NCBI GenBank assembly: GCA_964202905.1
Contig: CAXNJO010000008.1
Location: 128,001-192,000, forward strand
Reading direction: 5' to 3'
Length of the DNA: 64,000 nt
From: Polyangiales bacterium
Lineage (GTDB): Bacteria > Myxococcota_A > Polyangia > Polyangiales > JADJQN01
Shown: positions 56,838-64,000 of the stretch, one piece after another
How the letters are laid out: every line of letters starts with the position of its first letter
Numbering within the stretch: position 1 is the stretch's first letter
Program-made: the position numbers and the translations under genes
The notes under the pieces: model-generated
The model's database searches: none
The model's input: only the letters and a program-made list of their open reading frames with translations
Told to the model about the DNA's origin: nothing

Positions 56838-58460
56838 TCAGCAGATCGGCTCGATGCGACGGATCCCCTTGCGCGACACGACCACGCGGATGCGGTGCCA
56901 CGGCGACTCCACCCCCTCCGCGCGGAGGCGGTACACGATCGCGATGTTGTAAACGCGCGGCGCGACCGCCGAGTAGATCTGGCGATCGTCCGGGTCGGCG
57001 AACACGATCTTGCGGCTCGGGTCGTCGGTGTGATCGAGCCACCGGCGGAGATTGAGGCGAAAGATCTCGGTGAGCGCCGTGAAGCGCGCGTCGGCCGCGG
57101 CGACGCGTCGGCCGTGCACGATCACGGTCTTGTGGTGCCAGAGCACGCGCTCGGGGCGCGCGCTCTCCTCGAAGGGGTGCGTCCGCGTCATCCTTCGCAC
57201 GGCGAGCGCCTCCGACGGCACGCTCGCGAACGGCAGGAATGCGCTGCGCTCCTCGACCTCGCCGAGCCGCACCTCGCGCTCGCGGTCGAGGATGCGCCAG
57301 CGCCGATCGGGGAAGTGCTTTTGCACGACGCGGGAGAACGTGCCCTGCAGCGCCGCCTTGATGCGGTCCTTCGCGGCGTAGGCGAGCACCACGAGCAGGG
57401 CGCCTGTCCAGAGGTTGCCCGCGGCGCCCGGTATCATGGCGCTGTTGCCCTGCAACATCGCGAGCACGAACGCGAAGCCCATCGCGACGCTCGCCGCGAC
57501 CGCGTAGAGCAGCTCGAGCGCCCAGCGCGCGCCGGCGCGGACCTCGAGCGTGAGCCAGAGCACGGAGGACGTGAAGCGCTTGAGCACGTGCCGGCGGAAC
57601 TCGAGGTGCTCGATCTCGCGGTCGTCGACGTTCGCGTGGCCGACGCTGCGCAGCCCGCGGGCCGCGCGTTGCCGGGCCTCGTCGACCGCGCCGGCGGCGA
57701 CCATCGCGACCACGCGCTCCTCGACGCCCGCGGCCCGCTGCGCGATGGCGAGTGAGCCGAGCAACGCCTCGAGCGCGCGCGAGACGTCCTCGTCGATCCA
57801 GGTGCAGGCCTCCCTCAGCGCGACGTCCTCCGCCGGCACGGCGTCGAGCGCGGTCCGGAGCGCCGCGATGACGCGGGCGGAGCTCTGCACGAGCCGTTGC
57901 GACGCGTCCGCGACCCCCGGGGCGCTCTCGGGCAAGTCGTGCAGCATCCCGAGGATGCGCCGCCGCGCGACGCCGCTCGATGCGCGGACGAGGCACGCGA
58001 AGAACCGCAACTCGCGGAGCGCGGCGTCGGTGTCGGACCCGGGTCCAAGGGCCTTCCGCAGCCGCTCGACCGGCTCGCCCCCGAGCGCCTCGAACGCCAT
58101 CGAAGGCACGGCAAAACGCACGTACGACTGCAGATCCTCGTAGATTTCGTTCTTCGCGTAGGTCTGATCGTGGAGCCTCAGGCTCTCAGGCACGAAGAAG
58201 TATGCGTCCCACTCGAAGCGCTGCGGGGCGTCCGCGGCGGGTTGTCCGGCACGGATGCGGTAGTCGACGGCGAACTCGAGGTGCGTGCGGTCGTGCACGC
58301 GCCACTCGGGCTCGCGGGGCACGTCCCCTGCCGAGAGGTCGCTGATCAGGCTCGCGAACTCGCTCGAGCCAGTCGCTTCCTCCTCCTCGAACACACCGAG
58401 CACGAGCGGCCGCGGCGCGCGCTTCGCGGGGCGTGAAGGATTCTTCGTGGAGCTCCCCAT
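56838..58460 (-). CDS. Hypothetical protein with two TM segments
   Basis: Long ORF with globular composition (YFFVPESL, YEDLQSYVRF, KDRIK). Start uncertain. Confidence 0.6.
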   Translation of the reverse strand: MGSSTKNPSRPAKRAPRPLVLGVFEEEEATGSSEFASLISDLSAGDVPREPEWRVHDRTHLEFAVDYRIRAGQPAADAPQRFEWDAYFFVPESLRLHDQTYAKNEIYEDLQSYVRFAVPSMAFEALGGEPVERLRKALGPGSDTDAALRELRFFACLVRASSGVARRRILGMLHDLPESAPGVADASQRLVQSSARVIAALRTALDAVPAEDVALREACTWIDEDVSRALEALLGSLAIAQRAAGVEERVVAMVAAGAVDEARQRAARGLRSVGHANVDDREIEHLEFRRHVLKRFTSSVLWLTLEVRAGARWALELLYAVAASVAMGFAFVLAMLQGNSAMIPGAAGNLWTGALLVVLAYAAKDRIKAALQGTFSRVVQKHFPDRRWRILDREREVRLGEVEERSAFLPFASVPSEALAVRRMTRTHPFEESARPERVLWHHKTVIVHGRRVAAADARFTALTEIFRLNLRRWLDHTDDPSRKIVFADPDDRQIYSAVAPRVYNIAIVYRLRAEGVESPWHRIRVVVSRKGIRRIEPIC

Positions 58461-58683
58461 CTCGTGCGCGACTCTCCGAAGGTGACGAGGGAGTGATAGC
58501 GTGTGACGGACGCGTGACACCGCAAGCACTTTCTCCGGCGCGGCGCGGCGAGGCTCCGGCCCGGAGCGCTGCGGCGCGCGCGTCGGCGAGTGTTGACGCC
58601 TGCGCGCTGCGCGAGGTAGCGTCACGGCGCTGCCACGCCCGCGCGATATCCCGTCGCGAGGGGGCGCCCCCGCCGAGCCAACG

Positions 58684-58998
58684 ATGCGCGCACCTCTCTC
58701 CATCCCCGTCGTCGTCGGGCTCGGCGTCGCGTCGCTCGCGGCCGGCGGCTGCAACCCCATGCTCTACACGATGCACGTCGGGGCGGCGGCGCACAGCGTC
58801 GAGGAGGCCCGCCTCGCCGACGCGCCCAACCACGCGCCGTACGAGTACTACCTCGCTGAGGCGTACCTCGACAAAGCGCGCGAAGAGGCTGCCCGCGGCC
58901 AGTACCAGGACGCACGCCGCTTCGCGAGCGTCGCGGAGGAGCATGGCGTGAAGGGCCGCGACCTCGCGCGGCGTCACATGCGGGAGACCGGACGCTGA
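58684..58998 (+). CDS. DUF4398-like lipoprotein
   Basis: Lipobox AGGC; HAPYEYYLAEAYLDKAREEA. Confidence 0.75.
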   Translation: MRAPLSIPVVVGLGVASLAAGGCNPMLYTMHVGAAAHSVEEARLADAPNHAPYEYYLAEAYLDKAREEAARGQYQDARRFASVAEEHGVKGRDLARRHMRETGR

Positions 58999-60164
58999 TG
59001 CGGATCACGTCTGCGTGCCGCCGCGGCTCGGTTCCCCGCGGCGCCGTCGTCGGCACGCTGGCCGCGTTGGCGTTGGCCGTCGGCTGTGGCCGCGGGACAC
59101 TCCTCGCCGGCCGGATCAGCGGCCTCCGCGACATCGTCGAGCAGGCGGAGCGCAACGGCGCCTACCGCTGCGCGCCCCGGGAACTCGCGCTCGCGCAGGC
59201 GAACCTCGAGTTCGCCTCGACCGAGCTGGGACAGGGCGACGCCGCCCGCGCCGACGATCACGTCGAGCTCGCGGAACCCAACGCGCGCGCCGCGCTGCGC
59301 ATGAGCCCCGCTGCGCGCTGTGCGCCTCGGGGCGTCGCGGTCGTGCGCCGCGCGCCCCCGCCCCCGCCGCCGCCTCCGCCGCAGCCGGGCGATCGGGACG
59401 GCGATGGCATCCTCGACGACGTCGACCAGTGCCCCGCCGAGCCGGAAGACTTCGACGGTTTCGAGGACGCGGAGGGCTGCCCCGAGGACCAGGACTCGGA
59501 CGGCGACGGCCTGAGCGATGCGCGTGACGCGTGCGTCGCGGAGCCTGAGGACCTCGACGGCTACGTGGACACCGACGGCTGCCCGGAGCCGGACAACGAC
59601 CTCGACGGCGTGCTCGACGGCGCGGACCGCTGCGGGAACGACGCCGAAGACCCGGACGGCTTCCAGGACACCGACGGCTGCCCCGACCGCGACAACGACA
59701 CCGACGGTGTGCCCGACGTCGGCGACCGCTGCCCGAACGAGCCTGGCCCCGAGAGCGAGCAGGGGTGCCCGCGCGTCTACCAGGACGTCCAGATCACGGA
59801 CAACGCGATCCGGATCACCCAGATGATCCACTTCGAGTTCAACCGTGCGGTCATCCGCCCCGAGTCGTTTGGCATCCTCAACACGGTCGCGCAGGTGCTG
59901 CGCGATTTCCCGAACATCACGCTCGAGATCGGCGGGCACACCGACAGCCGCGGCAACGACGCTGCGAACCTGCGCCTCTCCTCGGACCGGGCCGAGGCGG
60001 TGCGGTCCTACCTCATCGGTCAGGGGACGGCCGCCAACCGGCTGACTTCCCGCGGCTTCGGGGAGACGGCCCCCATCGAGTCGAACCGCTCGGACTCCGG
60101 CCGGGCGGCCAACCGCCGTGTCGAGTTCGTGCGCACGGACTCCAACGCGAATGCCGGGCGCTAG
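58998..60164 (+). CDS. OmpA-family lipoprotein with DUF4398-like and thrombospondin type-3 repeats
   Basis: DxDGDG..D.CP repeats; IHFEFN, GGHTDSRG, NLRLSSDRA, GRAANRRVEF. Confidence 0.9.
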   Translation: MRITSACRRGSVPRGAVVGTLAALALAVGCGRGTLLAGRISGLRDIVEQAERNGAYRCAPRELALAQANLEFASTELGQGDAARADDHVELAEPNARAALRMSPAARCAPRGVAVVRRAPPPPPPPPPQPGDRDGDGILDDVDQCPAEPEDFDGFEDAEGCPEDQDSDGDGLSDARDACVAEPEDLDGYVDTDGCPEPDNDLDGVLDGADRCGNDAEDPDGFQDTDGCPDRDNDTDGVPDVGDRCPNEPGPESEQGCPRVYQDVQITDNAIRITQMIHFEFNRAVIRPESFGILNTVAQVLRDFPNITLEIGGHTDSRGNDAANLRLSSDRAEAVRSYLIGQGTAANRLTSRGFGETAPIESNRSDSGRAANRRVEFVRTDSNANAGR

Positions 60165-60312
60165 TCCGGCGACGGGGCGCGGCGTGCGGGCCGGCCGCGC
60201 CGGACGCGCGACGACCGGCCTCGCGGCATGGCGCGCCGCCGCCCCGTGGCGTGCCGAACGAGACGTTTTTCCGGCGGCGTCCGGACGATCCGTGGACGGA
60301 GAGAGAAGAACC

Positions 60313-62178
60313 ATGAACGTGCGTCACATCGTCGCCCTCGCGCTCTCGCTCGCCCTGATCGGCATGGCGTCGGGCGCGGCCGCCCAGCGCCCCCTCCAAC
60401 AGGTGCTCGACCTCAACCGGCAGGGCATGGAGGCGTACAACAACCTCGAGATCGACACCGCCGTGGCGAAGCTCGAGGAGGCCATCCGCGTCGCGCAGCG
60501 CGGCAGCGTGCTCGGCGCGCCCCTCGCACGGACGTTCCTCAACATGGGGGTCATCCAGGTCGGCGGCTTGAGCGACAACGCCACCGGCCTGCAGTACTTC
60601 ACGCAGGCGCTCCAGGTCGACGCGAACATCCAGCTCGACCCGCTGACCAGCACCCCCGACATCCAGACCGTCTTCAACCTCGCTCGCCAGCGCGCGGGGG
60701 CGTCGCGGCCGGCGGGAGGCGGTGGCAGCGCCCCGGCGGGGGGAACTGGCGGCGGTACGGGGTCGACGCCCGGTGCAGGGGCGGGCCAGGTCGGCACGGG
60801 TGGCGGCACGACGGGCTACGGGGGCACGGGCGGCGGGACGGGCGGCGGGCAGGCCGTGCGGCCTCCCCCGCAGGCCGCGACGGTGGGCGGGGACATCCCG
60901 CACGTAGCCGTCCCCGAGCAGCTGACGCAGACGGCGGTGCCGGTGTTCCTCGAGGTTCCCGCCGAGGCGAGCGTCGGCAAAGTGTACGTTTATTACAAGT
61001 CCCAGGGCATGCGGGACTTCCGCCGCGCGGAGATGGCGCGCATGGGCGGCGGATACGGCTACGAGGTGCCGTGCACCGACGTGTTCGAGCCGGAGGTCGC
61101 TTATTACATCGTCGTCTTCGCGCCGGATGGCTCGCCCGTCGGCTCGGCGGGCACGCAGCGGCAGCCCGTGCGCGTGCCGATCGTGTCGACGCGCACGCAG
61201 CCCGAACCTGCGCTCCCGGGCCGTGCGGCGCCCCAGCAGTGCTCGGCCGACGAGGAGTGCCCGCCCGGCATGGCTGGCTGCGCGCGCCGCGGCGGTGGCG
61301 CAGGCGGCGGCGGCGGGAGCGGGTCCGGCGGCATGGGCGACAGCTGCTCGCGGGACGCCGACTGCGGTCAGGGCCTCGTCTGCGACGATGACCTCTGCTC
61401 GATCGGCAGCCGGGACGGCGACGAGGAGTCCGGGGACGGTGACGGAGACGAGAGCGGCGGCGGAGGCGGCGACCAGGCGCGCTTCTTCCTCGACTTCGGC
61501 GCCGGGCTCGGTTTCGGCTACGTCTCGGGCGGGCCTGCGGATCAGGGGCCGGAGCTCGACTTCGGTGCGGATCCCGTCGGTGCCAACGACGACCTCGACC
61601 CGCTCACGGACATGGCCCCCGCCGAGGGCGTCGGCTCGCTCACCCCGTATCAAGGGTGCGACTACGACAACGGGTTCTTCCCCGACGAGAGCGGCACGCG
61701 CGCGAGCGGCTGCGAGGTGCGCGTCGAGACGCCGGGCTTCCTCAGCTCCGTCGCGCTCCGCTTCGGCATCGGGTACTACGTCATCCCGCGGCTCGCGCTC
61801 TCCGCGCAGTTGCGCTTCCAGGTCGCGACGGTCGATGGCGGCGGCGGCTTCGGAGCAGGCGGGGGCGCCGGGACGCTCGCGAACCTGCTCGTCGGGCTGC
61901 GCGCGCAATACCTCGTCACCGATCCCGCCGCGACCGAGGGGCTCTTCGTGGCGCCCTTCCTCGGCACGAGCGTCGGACAGATCCAGCTCCGCCCCGATCA
62001 GGCCGGTCAGGCCGAACCCTTCCTCCGCTCGGGTCTCAACGGCGTGCAGGTCGGCTCGGTCGTCGGCTTCCACCTGACGAAGAACTTCGGGTTCGTCGTG
62101 GTCCCCGAGGTGCACGTCCTCTTCCCCGACTTCCTCTTCAACTTCGACATCACGCTCGGCGTTCAGGCCGCGTTCTGA
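60313..62178 (+). CDS. Secreted TPR / Gly-rich / Cys-rich protein with probable C-terminal beta-barrel
   Basis: Signal peptide, TPR-like helices, Gly linkers, CSRDADCGQGLVC, amphipathic strands ending LGVQAAF. Confidence 0.6.
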   Translation: MNVRHIVALALSLALIGMASGAAAQRPLQQVLDLNRQGMEAYNNLEIDTAVAKLEEAIRVAQRGSVLGAPLARTFLNMGVIQVGGLSDNATGLQYFTQALQVDANIQLDPLTSTPDIQTVFNLARQRAGASRPAGGGGSAPAGGTGGGTGSTPGAGAGQVGTGGGTTGYGGTGGGTGGGQAVRPPPQAATVGGDIPHVAVPEQLTQTAVPVFLEVPAEASVGKVYVYYKSQGMRDFRRAEMARMGGGYGYEVPCTDVFEPEVAYYIVVFAPDGSPVGSAGTQRQPVRVPIVSTRTQPEPALPGRAAPQQCSADEECPPGMAGCARRGGGAGGGGGSGSGGMGDSCSRDADCGQGLVCDDDLCSIGSRDGDEESGDGDGDESGGGGGDQARFFLDFGAGLGFGYVSGGPADQGPELDFGADPVGANDDLDPLTDMAPAEGVGSLTPYQGCDYDNGFFPDESGTRASGCEVRVETPGFLSSVALRFGIGYYVIPRLALSAQLRFQVATVDGGGGFGAGGGAGTLANLLVGLRAQYLVTDPAATEGLFVAPFLGTSVGQIQLRPDQAGQAEPFLRSGLNGVQVGSVVGFHLTKNFGFVVVPEVHVLFPDFLFNFDITLGVQAAF

Positions 62179-62245
62179 GCGCGGGCGTGCTCCCGCCGGA
62201 CGGGCCTGCCTGCGCGTGCGGGCAGGCCGCGGCGCGGGGGCACGC

Positions 62246-63718
62246 TCAGGCGCGCGTGCGGCGCGCGCGGCGGAGGATGCGCGCGGTCGCGAGGCGGAAG
62301 AGCGCCTTGCAGCAGTCGAACGAGCCTGTGCCCGTCTCCTCGATGATGGCGCGCACCGTGCGGCGTCCGTCGACGCACGCGAGCACCGCGCGCTCTTCGC
62401 GGGAGAGGGCGTCGAGGTCGAGGCCGGCGAGCACGTCGCCGTTGCGTTCGAACACGAGGTCGAAGTCGTGGATCTGCTCCTCGATGAGGCGCCACTCGTC
62501 GACGCGGCGCAGCCCCTCCATCAGGATCGACGCGATCGGCAGGCCGAGGCGCGCGGCGTCCGCCTCGGGGCGCGTCGCGTAGCGCGCGAAGCGGTAGCGC
62601 CCCTCGCGCCAGCGGAGCGCGTCGTAGACGACCTCGCTCGTCTGTCGCACGAGGGCGCGGCGCAGCTCGTCGGCCGAGATGTAGCCCAGCTTCACGAGCT
62701 GGTCCCCGAGCAGGCGCCGCGCAGGGCCGCTCGGCGGATGCGCGGCGCGGCTGCGGAGCAGGTGGTCGAGGTCGTCGCGCTCGAGCAGATCTTCCTCGAT
62801 GAGGTAGCGGCCGAGCAGGAACTCCGGGTCGAAGCCGCGCGCGCTCGCGAGATCGACGAGACCGCCACGCAGCGCCACCCAGGTCTGCCGCGCGCCCCGC
62901 TCGAGCTCGAGCACGCCGCTCTGCTGCTGCATCTGCATCAACTGCAGGATGTCGCCGAGCCCCACGTGCTCGATGCGCCCCTCGAGCGCCACGACACCGA
63001 GCGGCCCCGGTGACTGCGACGCGGCGCGATCGAGCCGCTCGATGAAGGCCTCCGCGCCGTCGGCGAGGAGCGCTTCGACGAGCGGGGCGGGCGGGACGTC
63101 GGCGCCCGTCGCGCGCCGGAGGGCCGGGGCCAGGGCATCGGCGAGCGACTCCGCGGCGCGGCACGCAGCGCGCTCGCGGAGTTGGCGGAGTACGTCGGGG
63201 TGCGAGCCGCGCTCGGCTGCGGGCGGCGGGCTCGACGCGCGCGCCGGTGCGGCCGCGTCGGGTGCAGGCGGCGGGGCGCTGAGGCGCTGCGACGGCGAGG
63301 TGGCGTCGTCGCTCGCGTCGAACTCGAACGCGCTCGGGCCCGTGCGCGGCGCGCGCTCGAGCGCGTGGGCGACGACGGCGAGCAGCGCCTCCGGGGAGAA
63401 CGGCTTGGTGATCGCGTCGATGGCGCCCGTCTGCGCCGTGAATTGCGCGCCGATCTTCTCCGCGCGCGCGCTCATCAGCACGACCGGCAGGTGCTGCAGG
63501 TTCGCGACGCTGCGCAGGGCGGTCGTCATCTGGAACCCGTTCATCCGCGGCATCAGGAAGTCGACGAGGACCAGGTCGGGGACGAGGCGCTGGGCCTCCT
63601 CGAGGCCCTCCTGACCGTCGCTCGCGACGACGACCTCGTAGCCGCCGCGCGTGAGCGTGCGCTCCACGATCTTGAGCAGTGTGGGGCTGTCGTCGACGAC
63701 GAGGACACGGGCCGGCAT
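62246..63718 (-). CDS. Response regulator with DUF4388 domain
   Basis: REC (VLVVDDS, LVDFLMP, TKPF); LEGRIEHVGLGDILQL..SGVL, LLGDQLV, LRWREGRYRF, ILMEGLRRVDEW. Confidence 0.85.
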   Translation of the reverse strand: MPARVLVVDDSPTLLKIVERTLTRGGYEVVVASDGQEGLEEAQRLVPDLVLVDFLMPRMNGFQMTTALRSVANLQHLPVVLMSARAEKIGAQFTAQTGAIDAITKPFSPEALLAVVAHALERAPRTGPSAFEFDASDDATSPSQRLSAPPPAPDAAAPARASSPPPAAERGSHPDVLRQLRERAACRAAESLADALAPALRRATGADVPPAPLVEALLADGAEAFIERLDRAASQSPGPLGVVALEGRIEHVGLGDILQLMQMQQQSGVLELERGARQTWVALRGGLVDLASARGFDPEFLLGRYLIEEDLLERDDLDHLLRSRAAHPPSGPARRLLGDQLVKLGYISADELRRALVRQTSEVVYDALRWREGRYRFARYATRPEADAARLGLPIASILMEGLRRVDEWRLIEEQIHDFDLVFERNGDVLAGLDLDALSREERAVLACVDGRRTVRAIIEETGTGSFDCCKALFRLATARILRRARRTRA

Positions 63719-63765
63719 CGGGGCCTCGAAACTCTACACAGGAACGCGCGTCGTGGGTGCGGCGA

Positions 63766-64000
63766 TCAGGCTTGCGTGCCCGGCAGGGGTGGCAGTGTGC
63801 CCGCGCGGCGACGGGCAGCGAGCGCGGGCTCGGAGCACCAGAAACGAAGGAGATCCGCGATCGCCGGCGCTGCGCGGACGAGCGCGGCCCCCTCGAGGCC
63901 GGCCGCGTCGCGCTCCGAGCGGCGCAACACCTCGACCGCGCCGGGCAGGTCGTCACACACGAGCACGGCGCCCCTGTGCGCGGTCTGGTGGAGGCTACGC
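63766..64000 (-). CDS. C-terminal fragment of a large protein (resembles the ends of myxobacterial TPR proteins); starts beyond the window
   Basis: TAHRGAVLVCDDLPGA..DLLRFWCS; the frame is open to the window edge. Confidence 0.5.
   Translation of the reverse strand, partial: RSLHQTAHRGAVLVCDDLPGAVEVLRRSERDAAGLEGAALVRAAPAIADLLRFWCSEPALAARRRAGTLPPLPGTQA

Noticed and set aside
59390..59770. Repetitive GAC-rich DNA
   Set aside because: Explained by the thrombospondin type-3 repeats of the OmpA protein.

Overview
Very GC-rich bacterial chromosome segment whose gene content (TIGR02266-type PilZ protein, DUF4388 response regulator, OmpA with thrombospondin-3 repeats, IF3 with ATC start and long tail) points to Myxococcota, probably Polyangiales (inference). 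Most of it is core genome: rpoN-hpf-ptsN, interrupted by an opposite-strand xanthine dehydrogenase cluster, then hprK-rapZ-ptsH-ptsI, plsB, rplM-rpsI-argC, tRNA-Val, thrS-infC-rpmI-rplT-pheST-ihfA-merR-tRNA-Pro-surE-apt-tRNA-Arg, and envelope/signalling genes. The main accessory feature is an apparently intact ~7 kb capsid-less phage-satellite (PICI-like) element inserted in the 3' half of tRNA-Arg(CCT) and bounded by a perfect 44-bp direct repeat (47199-47242 / 54160-54203). It encodes a tyrosine integrase, a small RHH-like regulator, an orphan, an excisionase-like HTH, a Prim-Pol, a D5/P4-type SF3 helicase with an embedded ori-like inverted repeat, a TerS-like HTH protein and a GIY-YIG nuclease, and has candidate arm-type sites and an operator. 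Other notable signals: a doubled 5' remnant of a group IIC intron just behind the tRNA-Pro terminator, a bacterial Tgs1-like (RNA cap trimethylguanosine synthase-like) methyltransferase, a GrxD-HesB-rhodanese fusion, and a 5x23-bp tandem repeat between tRNA-Val and thrS. Several single-base frameshifts in core genes look like sequencing errors. All calls are from motif recognition by eye; no database searches were run.
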